A stretch of DNA of 64,000 nucleotides from an uncultured archaeon. GTDB taxonomy: Archaea > Asgardarchaeota > Thorarchaeia > Thorarchaeales > Thorarchaeaceae. Shown here piece by piece: positions 48,116 to 57,587 of this stretch. The translations under genes and the position numbers were made by a program. The stretch's first letter is position 1; the number at the start of each line of letters is the position of its first letter. The notes under the pieces are model-generated. The model had not been told where the DNA came from. It ran no database searches and worked only from the letters and a program-made list of their open reading frames with translations. Location: positions 102,161-166,160 of the forward strand of contig CAZSWP010000001.1 in assembly GCA_964610875.1 (NCBI GenBank). The letters are read 5' to 3'.

Positions 48116-49539
48116 GTGTGAAAAGAATGACCTCTCGCCCAAGAGTTTTATCCCCAAGATGGATTGGGGCATCATCTATTCGTAAAGGAGGCTATTTCGT
48201 TGTAGCTTCTGTAGAACTAGGCAATACTACAACTAAATGTATTCTTACAGCAACTAATCTAAAAACTGCTGAGATTTTTCAATTATCAAAAGAAGTGGTG
48301 ATGACTCGAGACGTTCGTCGACCTAAGACTGGTGAATCCATCTTTGGTGAAACTCTAGTCGGAGTACAACTAACGAAAGAAGCAGTGGCAGAACTCGTTG
48401 AAAACACTCTAAAAACAGCACTTGAGAGTGCTTCTTTGAATATTGAATCAGATTTGCATTTTGTAGTTCGTTCTACCGGAGTGACTGCTGGTTTTGCCAA
48501 ACCTGAAGAAACTGATATGTTGATTAAAGCACTTGCGGAAGGTTGTCTTCAAGCTGGAGTGGCACCAAGGAAAATGACAGCTGCCATTTCGATTGACTCT
48601 CTTCCACCAGGTCTTCAGGAGTATAGTTGGCTTAAGCGTGTATATTTTGATGGAGCTGTGGCAAGTGGTCTACCCCCTGCAAATACTACGGTGGTTGCGA
48701 ATGAGATGGAGGGAGAGCTCGTTACTGCAGGACTCAAAGGGGCTGCAAAGTCCACGAATATCGATTTTCGAAATCCTGTCATAACATTAGATTTTGGTAC
48801 CACTTTGGCCGGACGAATTACTGACAGTTCATATCCATACGCAAAAACAATTGGCACATTTGTAGGATTGGGCGGAGCTATTCCAGACGCACTTGTCCGT
48901 GGTTGTAAAGATATAAATCCTGAAACTGGATGTGTACTTGACATAGAGCGTAATGTTCGACAAGTTGACAAAGCTGGAATCTCTGATTTTCTAGATGCGA
49001 TTCTAGAAGGGGTTACCATAAAGAAAGTAGATACAGAGATGAAGAAATTCGGTACTGTTCCAGTTAATATACAAGCAGCTCGAGAGTCCTCATTGTCCAT
49101 CCTTGGTGTGGACGCGGGAGAAAATGGATCAAATCTGAACAAGCTCCAAAAGGTTGGTAAAGATATCTCTGAAGAGATTGGAGTTGCTGGTTTGTTAAGG
49201 GTGATTGATTACCTTCAGGTCAAAATACTTCAGGAACTAGTTAATCTATCTGAGGAAAATGACTTAGTCGAAGAAACCACTGCTCTAGGGTTGACAGGAA
49301 GAGCAATTACCTCAGGTAAAAAGCCTCAGCTGATTTTTCGATCACTGAAAAAACTTGACGGGTCTTTTTGGACTGAGAAACATCCCTTGCTTATGGTTGA
49401 AGATGGTTTAGCTCTTGGCGCAGCAGTTGCATCGAGGTGCATGAATTCACTTGGTACACCTAAGAAACCCATGGGTGGGCGGCGTGGAGATAGGTGTATA
49501 ATGGCTCAAAGAGAGAAAATGCAGAAGGAAGAAAAGTGA
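48112..49539 (+). CDS. Methanogenesis marker protein 14-like (ASKHA-fold ATPase)
   Basis: VASVELGNTTTKCILTATNL, FVVRSTGVTAGF, NEMEGELVTAG, DFGTTLAGR, GITGRA-like GLTGRA, RCMNSLGTP..PMGG; follows mtrH as in methanogens. Confidence 0.88.
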   Translation: MSVKRMTSRPRVLSPRWIGASSIRKGGYFVVASVELGNTTTKCILTATNLKTAEIFQLSKEVVMTRDVRRPKTGESIFGETLVGVQLTKEAVAELVENTLKTALESASLNIESDLHFVVRSTGVTAGFAKPEETDMLIKALAEGCLQAGVAPRKMTAAISIDSLPPGLQEYSWLKRVYFDGAVASGLPPANTTVVANEMEGELVTAGLKGAAKSTNIDFRNPVITLDFGTTLAGRITDSSYPYAKTIGTFVGLGGAIPDALVRGCKDINPETGCVLDIERNVRQVDKAGISDFLDAILEGVTIKKVDTEMKKFGTVPVNIQAARESSLSILGVDAGENGSNLNKLQKVGKDISEEIGVAGLLRVIDYLQVKILQELVNLSEENDLVEETTALGLTGRAITSGKKPQLIFRSLKKLDGSFWTEKHPLLMVEDGLALGAAVASRCMNSLGTPKKPMGGRRGDRCIMAQREKMQKEEK

Positions 49540-49602
49540 GAATGTCCTCTCAGTAGTCTTTATCTTACTATGGCATAAGCATCAGAATCAGGTCGATTAT
49601 CA

Positions 49603-50388
49603 TTGCAAATTTTGCCAATCAAGACACGAATTATCACCGAAAAAGATGACATTGTATCAGTTCTGCTTGAAGCAATAGAGGAGATGGAAATCACCCTCAA
49701 AAATAATGATATTATTGGAATTGCTGAAACCCCTCTGGGCACAACTGAAGGACAAACTGTCAAATTATCAGATGTGAAGGTTTCTGAGAATGCACGAAAA
49801 CTTGCAGAAAAGTATGATTTGATTCCAGAAGTGACTGAATTGATAGTTCAAGAGAGTGATGAGATACTTGGTGGTATCCCCAAAGTGCTTCTCACGATAA
49901 AGAACAACACCCTGATGGCGAATGCTGGAGTGGATAAATCGAACATTCCTCAAGGCTATGCATCCCTGCTACCTAGAAACTCAAAAAGCAGCGCAGAGCG
50001 AATTAAACAGGAAGTCAGAAAGCGTACAGGTGTAAGCATTGGTGTTATTGTAATTGACAGTCGTACGCAACCTCTTCGACTTGGAAATATTGGAATGGCC
50101 TTAGCAGTGGCAGGATTTGAACCGGTGGTAGACGACCGTGGTAGAAAAGATCTTTTTGGAAATGAACTTCGGATTACACGCCGTGCTGTGGCTGATAATC
50201 TTGCATCAGCTTGTACTGCAGTCATGGGAGAGTCAGATGAGTCAATTCCTGCCGCACTAATTCGTGATGCACCTGTCAAGTTTTCAGATTCCTCATTCGA
50301 TTCGTCGTCTATGTGGATCAGTCCGGATGAATGCATGTACATGGCAATCTTTGAGCAATGGCGAAGAATAACCCATAAAATTGAATGA
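49603..50388 (+). CDS. cofE: CofE-family coenzyme F420-0:L-glutamate ligase
   Basis: ANAGVDKSN, IDSRTQPLRLG, DLFGNEL, VADNLAS, MGESDE..PAALIR. Confidence 0.88.
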   Translation: MQILPIKTRIITEKDDIVSVLLEAIEEMEITLKNNDIIGIAETPLGTTEGQTVKLSDVKVSENARKLAEKYDLIPEVTELIVQESDEILGGIPKVLLTIKNNTLMANAGVDKSNIPQGYASLLPRNSKSSAERIKQEVRKRTGVSIGVIVIDSRTQPLRLGNIGMALAVAGFEPVVDDRGRKDLFGNELRITRRAVADNLASACTAVMGESDESIPAALIRDAPVKFSDSSFDSSSMWISPDECMYMAIFEQWRRITHKIE

Positions 50389-50488
50389 ATTGATACCAAA
50401 AGACTAGATATATGCTCGAAAGAAAGAAAAGGACGATTGAGGGTGTCCAAGATACAAACGGACCTAAATAATTTGGAGTCGTTAGTCT

Positions 50489-51829
50489 GTGAGCAATAAG
50501 ACGGTGTTAATCGATGTCCAGAACGCTGGAGCTTCTGGAGATATGTTCCTATCTGCACTAATTGACTTGATAGGTGAAAATGAATCGATTGTACCAGTTG
50601 CTGCCAGTCTACTTCTTTATGATCCTGCCATTCGTGTTAAAGTAGTACAGAAAGAAACAGCCTCGGGGACAGGCAAAAAGCTTGAAATAACAAAAGATGA
50701 ATCCTTGCGTTTCAGTCCTTCCTCATTACTAGAGATAATCCAATCAACCACAGAAGAACTGGAACTATCTAAAAATGGGGCTGAACTCTGCAAGAATGCA
50801 TTGAATGAACTACTTCAAGCTGAAGTACGAGCACATGATACTCCATTAGAAAAACTACACCTGCACGAAACTGGTTCTATAGATACTGTTCTTGATATAG
50901 TTGGAACAGTCTATCTGTTGGAAAAAACCGGTCTGCTTGATAACAAGATAATTTCCACGAAAGTAGCAGTTGGTAAAGGGACAATACAGACCGAACATGG
51001 TGAATTAGAAGTTCCAGTACCTGCTGTTGCTGAGATTATTGTTCATCATGAGGTTCCATATCATACTGGTGATGCTAATACTGAGCTATTGACACCAACT
51101 GGTGCTGCACTATTGGTAGCTCTGGCAGAGGAATTTATAGAATCCACTGAAGGTTTTGTAACTGAAAAGCACGGTGCTGGATTTGGTACCAGAGACCTCG
51201 GTGTCATTCCTAACATGCTGAAGATCAGCGTTGGTACATTTGATGTTGATAAACCCGCACCAGGATCTCTGGGGAAGCCAAAGAAGTTTAAGAAACCAAA
51301 GAAAACTGAATTTGAGAAAAAATCAAAATCCATTGCGGAGAGGAAAGAAACATTGGGCGAATGGAACGCTGACGAAGTTGTTGTTATCGAAGCTAATATT
51401 GATGATGTCGATGGTGAGGTATTGGGGAACATGTTCGATATTCTCCTAGCTGAAGGTCTGGCTTATGATGTTGTAATGATTCCTGCATACGGAAAGAAGA
51501 ATCGCCCTTGCTTTGTTGTGAAGGTAGTTGCTCCAAAACCCGGTCTGAAAAGTATTGCAGAACTCATGATCAAGCATTTAGGTACACTTGGTATCAGATA
51601 CCAAGAGTGGAGTCGACTAAAGGCTGCTCGGGAAACCATTGTTTGCAGATTAGAGGTCGATAACCAAGAGTTCATGGTGAGGGTCAAAGTTGCACGAGGT
51701 GCTGACGGAAGTATTGTGAATATAAAACCGGAAGCTGATGACCTGATGAAGGTGTCTCACGCAACAGGAATTCCTATTCGTGACCTTAAACCACGAGTTG
51801 TACTTCAAGCTCATGCTATTACCGAATAG
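50489..51829 (+). CDS. larC: LarC-family nickel insertion protein
   Basis: GASGDMFL, HLHETGSIDT, HG..VPVPA, ELLTPTGAA, EANIDD, GKKNRP, TLGIR, KPE.DD. Confidence 0.9.
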   Translation: MSNKTVLIDVQNAGASGDMFLSALIDLIGENESIVPVAASLLLYDPAIRVKVVQKETASGTGKKLEITKDESLRFSPSSLLEIIQSTTEELELSKNGAELCKNALNELLQAEVRAHDTPLEKLHLHETGSIDTVLDIVGTVYLLEKTGLLDNKIISTKVAVGKGTIQTEHGELEVPVPAVAEIIVHHEVPYHTGDANTELLTPTGAALLVALAEEFIESTEGFVTEKHGAGFGTRDLGVIPNMLKISVGTFDVDKPAPGSLGKPKKFKKPKKTEFEKKSKSIAERKETLGEWNADEVVVIEANIDDVDGEVLGNMFDILLAEGLAYDVVMIPAYGKKNRPCFVVKVVAPKPGLKSIAELMIKHLGTLGIRYQEWSRLKAARETIVCRLEVDNQEFMVRVKVARGADGSIVNIKPEADDLMKVSHATGIPIRDLKPRVVLQAHAITE

Positions 51830-51859
51830 CCCGCGTTTGTGATATGCTTGAGTGGTAGG

Positions 51860-54136
51860 TCAGACTGACAGAACAAGTTGTTTAGAATCTTTCAAAACTG
51901 AATCACTAAGATATTGTGCGGGAACAAGATTTTCGAATGCACGAATACACAGTTTTGCATATGCATGTGGATCATATATGGTCGTTTCAGATAGCAGTTC
52001 TAGTGCTTTTACTCGTCGCAATGGATTTGGTGAGTCTGAATCTACCATTACATACCTCACTTTTTGTCCTGCATGTAGTTCCCTTCCTGTTTTAACAAGC
52101 TGTTTAGCAACAATGGCTGCTCGTGATGTGGCACGATATTCTGCTGGTTCTCGTGTGAGTCGTGACTGAAGCACGAGGTCTCTAACATCAACATCTCCTT
52201 CCATTAGGCTGCTTATGTATTCTTGACATTTCTCGTAAACTTTTGGGACAAGCTCGATGAACTCTTGTCTATTATTTGCATGAGCGAAGACCTCGATCAT
52301 GGCTTTTTGACAATCACCAACATAGAGACAAGTGTCTCTTCGTCTTGTTTCTATTCCACGGACCTTAACCCCTCCATTCAGGTAGACACCATAGTACCTA
52401 TTCAGGGGTGCTATTGACGGATGTAATCTTGATGAAGGTATCACCAGCCACTTGTAGATCCCTTTGAGTGACATGGGGATGTCGACCTCCTCACTCACCT
52501 TTTCACAGAAATCTTGTAATTGTTTGTAATTTATTCGACTGTTCATTGGTCTGAGCCAGAGAGAGTCTACAATGCCGTGTACCGTTTCCAGACCCATATC
52601 CTCGCCAATCTCCTGTGTCTTCAGGAGGATTTCCCTTGCCAGTGCACATACCGCGGTATGAGCTTCAACCCTTCCGAACTTTGCATTCTTGAAACCGAGG
52701 TAACCAAAACAGGAAACCAATATTCCCTTCAATGTATTCTGTTTCAAAGCGTAGGTCTTTGTATCCATTCCTTTCATAATCAGCTGCTTGAACTCATTCC
52801 GTTTTTTCACAACTACCTCAAGTGATTTCGAAATCAACCCTCTGCGTCTTCCACACAATCTGAAATCGAGACCTGGCACATCCAAGCAATATCGATAATC
52901 ATGTTCACAATTTGTTCTAGTGCAGATTGTTTCCGGACTGATATTTCGCGTAACCATCAGTGTAGGATACATTGAAGCAAAGTCTACCTCAATGATGTTC
53001 TCATAGATATCCGGTTTAGGTTGAAAGATTAGTCCTCCTCTGTCTATATTTGCAAGGTCGTTGAGCGTCTTCAGAAATTCGGGGTTTCTCTTGACGGGTG
53101 GTATCAAGATATCCATATCATGGGCTGTGTAGTACTGTACCGCCGCATTAGCACTACCAATAGACATTCGTGATACTCGCTGCGGTCTAACACATGCAAG
53201 TCTGCACCCCTCGATTACTCCTTCCATTCCTGATGGTGAGTAATAGAGGCTCTCTGATCTATCAATGTGTATCCGTCCATTGAACATCACTTGATTGCCT
53301 GCACGATAGATAATCTGATTGTATTGCCAGAATGAGTTTGGTTCTTTGTATTCAACGTTCAGCACACTGTCATCACGTGAGAATTTCAGTTGCAAATCGT
53401 ACAATTTTGCTCTGAGTGTTAGGTACTGGAAGAGACGCTCGTCACCACCTTTTGTGACTATCACATCTGGATCCATTTTATCTACAGTACGCTGTAACGC
53501 AAGCAGAGTTTCTTTTTCGCAATCTTCTTGGATTCGTATCACCTTCTCTTGATGATACAGCTCGATATACTCAATCGGCTCATCCATTGTTGGAAACAGG
53601 CTTTTTGATCTTACAAATACCTCAAGCCCCAATTCTTCAAGGTCTGGCGTTTCATATTCTGCGTCCTCCCGTCTGTCAAGACACTCAATATTCATTATTT
53701 TATTTCCATTCAGGGTGTACTCTACTCTCCCAAAAGGGAATATCTTATGCTCAATGAAGAACTGCTGTACTGGGTCGATATCCGCGTGATAGACCTGTGC
53801 ATCTGGGAGTCGCTCAAGATCAGTTGCCACAGACCTCTGTTTGCTTAGTACCGTCCTGACCTGTACTACACGACTCTTTTCCTCATCATAGACACTGAGA
53901 AATTTTCTTACAATAGATGCATCTGTCACATCATGATGTTCTCTTATGGTCTTCAGAATACCCTCATCTGACCATTCTTTGGAAAAGAGCATGCTTGTAT
54001 TGACAAACAGAGCGGGATTGAAACCGTAGTGCAGATATCCCCTTGTCTTACCATCTTTCTTTATCCAGAGAACAAGTGCTTCTCTCTCACGGTCCACGTT
54101 GGCATCCAATAGCCAACCCTGTTGCTTCATTTGCAT
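51860..54136 (-). CDS. polB2: Family B DNA polymerase, PolB2 (Dpo2)-type
   Basis: DRGGLI, EVDFASMYP, KGILVSCFGYLG, motif C as HGIVDSLW (PolB2-type substitution of YGDTDS), VRGIETRRRD. Confidence 0.9.
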   Translation of the reverse strand: MQMKQQGWLLDANVDREREALVLWIKKDGKTRGYLHYGFNPALFVNTSMLFSKEWSDEGILKTIREHHDVTDASIVRKFLSVYDEEKSRVVQVRTVLSKQRSVATDLERLPDAQVYHADIDPVQQFFIEHKIFPFGRVEYTLNGNKIMNIECLDRREDAEYETPDLEELGLEVFVRSKSLFPTMDEPIEYIELYHQEKVIRIQEDCEKETLLALQRTVDKMDPDVIVTKGGDERLFQYLTLRAKLYDLQLKFSRDDSVLNVEYKEPNSFWQYNQIIYRAGNQVMFNGRIHIDRSESLYYSPSGMEGVIEGCRLACVRPQRVSRMSIGSANAAVQYYTAHDMDILIPPVKRNPEFLKTLNDLANIDRGGLIFQPKPDIYENIIEVDFASMYPTLMVTRNISPETICTRTNCEHDYRYCLDVPGLDFRLCGRRRGLISKSLEVVVKKRNEFKQLIMKGMDTKTYALKQNTLKGILVSCFGYLGFKNAKFGRVEAHTAVCALAREILLKTQEIGEDMGLETVHGIVDSLWLRPMNSRINYKQLQDFCEKVSEEVDIPMSLKGIYKWLVIPSSRLHPSIAPLNRYYGVYLNGGVKVRGIETRRRDTCLYVGDCQKAMIEVFAHANNRQEFIELVPKVYEKCQEYISSLMEGDVDVRDLVLQSRLTREPAEYRATSRAAIVAKQLVKTGRELHAGQKVRYVMVDSDSPNPLRRVKALELLSETTIYDPHAYAKLCIRAFENLVPAQYLSDSVLKDSKQLVLSV

Positions 54137-54142
54137 CCCTTC

Positions 54143-54397
54143 TCACTGCTTGGTTCCACTCAACTGTTGTTTCAACTCGTCCATCTCTTGGAGTAATTGG
54201 ATGATTACTGACACAAGTACAACTTCGGTTATTCTTGGAGTCATCATCATCGTCCCTGCGTCTGCACAGGCTCTTGCAGCATCAAACATTCTTTCAAGAT
54301 GCTCTCTCTGAGGTTGTTTTAGGGTTCTTTTGAACGGTTTCCACCGGGCCTCTTCAATGTCTACAGCGTTTCTAAAGGTCCTTGCAGTACGTCCCAT
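54143..54397 (-). CDS. Small helical PolB2-associated protein (arCOG07300-like)
   Basis: MGRT..TFR......W..FKRTL....R..L pattern typical of the small gene next to archaeal polB2. Confidence 0.8.
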   Translation of the reverse strand: MGRTARTFRNAVDIEEARWKPFKRTLKQPQREHLERMFDAARACADAGTMMMTPRITEVVLVSVIIQLLQEMDELKQQLSGTKQ

Positions 54398-54634
54398 TCT
54401 ATCTTCCTTCTGCTGGTTCTATCTCGGGTGTATTCTATCTATACGGAGTATTACATTGGAGCAACCTTTTCTTAGATTTCTTCCAACTCGTGGTCTGTTT
54501 GGAAGAACAACCTACGGGGGGAGTGATGACCGAAAGTAAGATGTAGTAGAATTCGAACCAAAGAAGTTTAATAACGGCATACGGCTTCTATGTGCTAGAG
54601 TCTTTGTCAATAAGCGAAGAAAAGGTGGACTTTC

Positions 54635-55201
54635 ATGGTCACTGCACTATTCAAGGTTGTACTCATGGGCGACGGTTCTGTGGGAAAGACATCATTGAGA
54701 CGAACGTACATGGGTGAAGGGTTCAAAGCACAGTATATGATTACAATTGGTGCTGATTTTGCGGTCAAGAAAATGCAGCTGGAGGGAGGCCATGATGTTA
54801 GCATACAGATATGGGACCTTGCGGGCCAAGAGCATTTCAAGAGTGTCAGGTCCACGTTCTATAAAGGTGCACAAGGGTCTCTTGCTGTCTATTCCACCGT
54901 GGAACGTTCTTCATTTGATAACATAAACGCCTGGTTGGATGAGTGCTGGACAAATGCTGGCAAGAAGATACCTATTGTTCTGATTGGAAATAAGACGGAT
55001 CTCCGTGACCAGTTCAAGGACAATCCCTCCATGCAACAGACTATTGTGACAACTGAAGAAGGCCAAAAACTGGCTGATTGGATAGGCTCACAAGGAGTTC
55101 ATGTGTCATTTCTAGAGACCTCGGCTAAGACTGGAAAGAATGTCGAAGCTGCTTTCCTAGAACTAGCAATCAAGATACTAGAAGCTGGTGGATTAGCATA
55201 G
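54635..55201 (+). CDS. Rab-like small GTPase
   Basis: GDGSVGKTS, TIGADF, IQIWDLAGQE, FYKGA, GNKTD, ETSAK; no C-terminal Cys. Confidence 0.93.
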   Translation: MVTALFKVVLMGDGSVGKTSLRRTYMGEGFKAQYMITIGADFAVKKMQLEGGHDVSIQIWDLAGQEHFKSVRSTFYKGAQGSLAVYSTVERSSFDNINAWLDECWTNAGKKIPIVLIGNKTDLRDQFKDNPSMQQTIVTTEEGQKLADWIGSQGVHVSFLETSAKTGKNVEAAFLELAIKILEAGGLA

Positions 55202-55292
55202 ATTCAAATTTTTCATTGCAGATTTTCTGGATTCATAATCTTTTTAGTGAAATATCTAATCCAGAAATTGCATGCTGGTCCTGGGGTGACCT

Positions 55293-56417
55293 TTGATGCA
55301 AACAAAAGAACTGACCCTATTCCTAAAGAGAGAAACGCTAAAACCTGAAGCACAACGTGGTGGTGATATAACCCGCAGATTCGCAATGAATAAAGTGGGA
55401 CGTATGATTGCTGCTGCTCTGCAGGACCGTACAATTCGACTTTATGATGCTAGGAACTGCGAAGAGATTCAAGTACTGAATGAAGAGTTTCTTACAACTT
55501 CTATTGCATTTAGTCCAAAGGGTGATGTATTAGCATCGGGATCAGTTGGCAGAGTCATCAAGATTTGGAATATCCGTACTGGTGAAAATATTGCTACACT
55601 TGAAGGTCATACATACCCGATTCTTGCTCTTTCATTCTCTCCTGATGGTGATAAGTTAGTTTCTGGAAGTGGAGACACCACACTCATTACATGGGATTTA
55701 GATAATTTTTCACAACTTAAGCAATTGAAAGGGCATTCACTCTATGTTGTGAGTGCTGAGTGGGATCCCAAAGATAACCGGATTGTGTCCTCATCAGTCG
55801 ATTCGACCATCTGCGAATGGGACCCGTATTCTGGCAATCTATTGAACCAGATTCAAGAACACAGAACTGCAGTACAAGTAGTACGCTTTACACCAGATGG
55901 TAACAAGCTAGCATCTGGCTCTTCAGACCATAGTATTATCCTATGGGATGCTACTAGTTCGCTTAAGAAGGAGCACGTCCTATTAGCTCACGAAGAGGAG
56001 GTCCGAGCCTTAGCCTTTGATAAAGAGGGTAAATACCTCACCTCTGGCTCAAGTGACAAATCTCTCTATGTCTGGAGTATGGACTCATTGACCGTAGAGG
56101 GTGAAAGCTCTACTCGAAGTGAGGTTGATGGTATAGAGTGGTATCCGAACGAATTAGCTTTTTTGACCTCGGATGGTACAGGTGCCATTGCTCGGTGGGA
56201 GGTTCGCGAGCTGGAAGGAATGCTAGCACCATTCAACGAATTACTTGAAGAGATTAAATCTGATCCAGAACTGACCAGAAAGGAGGAGTTCATGGTCAAA
56301 TTTGAGGAGATTCAAAACCAGTACGATCCAGAAACATTAAGGGATAAACGACTCTTCTACGTCATGTGGCAATGCAAGAAAGCCCTAGGTCTCTTGAAAG
56401 GAAAGGTACGAAGATAG
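55293..56417 (+). CDS. WD40 beta-propeller protein with short C-terminal helical domain
   Basis: About 7 WD repeats (e.g. LEGHTYPILALSFSPDGDKLVSGSGDTTLITWD). Confidence 0.95.
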   Translation: MMQTKELTLFLKRETLKPEAQRGGDITRRFAMNKVGRMIAAALQDRTIRLYDARNCEEIQVLNEEFLTTSIAFSPKGDVLASGSVGRVIKIWNIRTGENIATLEGHTYPILALSFSPDGDKLVSGSGDTTLITWDLDNFSQLKQLKGHSLYVVSAEWDPKDNRIVSSSVDSTICEWDPYSGNLLNQIQEHRTAVQVVRFTPDGNKLASGSSDHSIILWDATSSLKKEHVLLAHEEEVRALAFDKEGKYLTSGSSDKSLYVWSMDSLTVEGESSTRSEVDGIEWYPNELAFLTSDGTGAIARWEVRELEGMLAPFNELLEEIKSDPELTRKEEFMVKFEEIQNQYDPETLRDKRLFYVMWQCKKALGLLKGKVRR

Positions 56418-56425
56418 TCAACTAA

Positions 56426-56962
56426 TTACTTTGTCGCGGCATCAATCATTGTTTCACATAGTTTCACGTAAGCAGCTTCTACATTTTCACCAGTCAATGC
56501 GCTTGATTCTACATAGATATGGCCATGTTCTTTAGCCCAAGCTTCTCCTTCTTCTGGTGTAACAATTCTTGCATCTTCAAGGTCCACTTTATTGGCGACA
56601 ATAACAAGTGGTATCTTTCTACCCAGGTTTTTGAAGGCTTCATCTTTCCAGTGTTGTATGTTGATGAACGTACGACGTCGAGTCACGTCGTAAACTAGGA
56701 GTCCTCCTCTTGCGCCACGATAGAATCCCTGTCTGACAACTTCAAATCTGGGTTGACCTGCAAGATCCCAGACTTGTAAGGTTACCTTAGTATCTCTCTC
56801 AGGGATATCTAATTTTTTGATGGCAAAATCACTCCCAATGGTCCGTTTATAGTCTGCCTCAAAATGTTCCTGAGTGAATCTTGTTGTTAGTGCAGTCTTA
56901 CCTACTGCACCATCTCCTAACATTACGATTTTGAAGCGGTACTCGGACGACATCAGGTACAC
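56426..56962 (-). CDS. Rab-like small GTPase
   Basis: GDGAVGKT, TIGSDF, LQVWDLAGQ, FYRGA, LLVYDVT, NKVD, ESSA; no C-terminal Cys. Confidence 0.93.
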   Translation of the reverse strand: MYLMSSEYRFKIVMLGDGAVGKTALTTRFTQEHFEADYKRTIGSDFAIKKLDIPERDTKVTLQVWDLAGQPRFEVVRQGFYRGARGGLLVYDVTRRRTFINIQHWKDEAFKNLGRKIPLVIVANKVDLEDARIVTPEEGEAWAKEHGHIYVESSALTGENVEAAYVKLCETMIDAATK

Positions 56963-57068
56963 TTCCTATATTCTCTTTTCATTACTAGGCGCCTTAAATT
57001 ATATGCTGTGTTTGACTACTTGTAACATTTTTGGCGTTATAGTTGTCGACAGCTAGCATTTAATAGGT

Positions 57069-57500
57069 ATGGGTCGAAGTCAGAGTAAGAATGTAGGACT
57101 TGGTGTGAAGATAATGGAACGCCCAGACTATAGTAAATTAGCTCCAATCTTGGAAAAGATGAATAGAGAAGGAGGATTTACAGCCTCTATTCTATCTCGA
57201 GATGATGGTCTCCTTATGGCTTCTGCCGCTTCTCCTACTACAAATCGAGAAGTGGTCGCAGCAATGGCAGGTCACGTCGGTAGTACGGTCGATCGTGTTA
57301 GAAATGAGCTTAGGCTTGGCCATGTCCGCGATATCACACTCAGATGCACAGAAGGCAAAGTTGTTTTCAAAAGAATTGCATCAAAAGACGAAACGGACTA
57401 CATCATTGCTGCAATCATGACAAGGAATGTACGCTATCACGCACGTGCAATTGGTAAAGCCGCAACACAAATTCGCAGAGTCTTACGAATAAAAGCTTAG
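57069..57500 (+). CDS. Roadblock/LC7 domain protein
   Basis: GFTASILSRDDGLLMASA...VVAAMAG...LGHVRDITL; the true start may be ATG ~57114. Confidence 0.85.
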   Translation: MGRSQSKNVGLGVKIMERPDYSKLAPILEKMNREGGFTASILSRDDGLLMASAASPTTNREVVAAMAGHVGSTVDRVRNELRLGHVRDITLRCTEGKVVFKRIASKDETDYIIAAIMTRNVRYHARAIGKAATQIRRVLRIKA

Positions 57501-57587
57501 TTTCATCCAAATCTTTCCTCTTCAAAACATTCAAGAGTTCATGAGATGTCATTTTCTTATCCTGTCTGTTCCTAGGAGTGCAACCTA

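Noticed and set aside
54523-54529. Box C motif GUGAUGA in the polB2/Rab intergenic region
   Set aside because: No box D (CUGA) at a suitable distance downstream.
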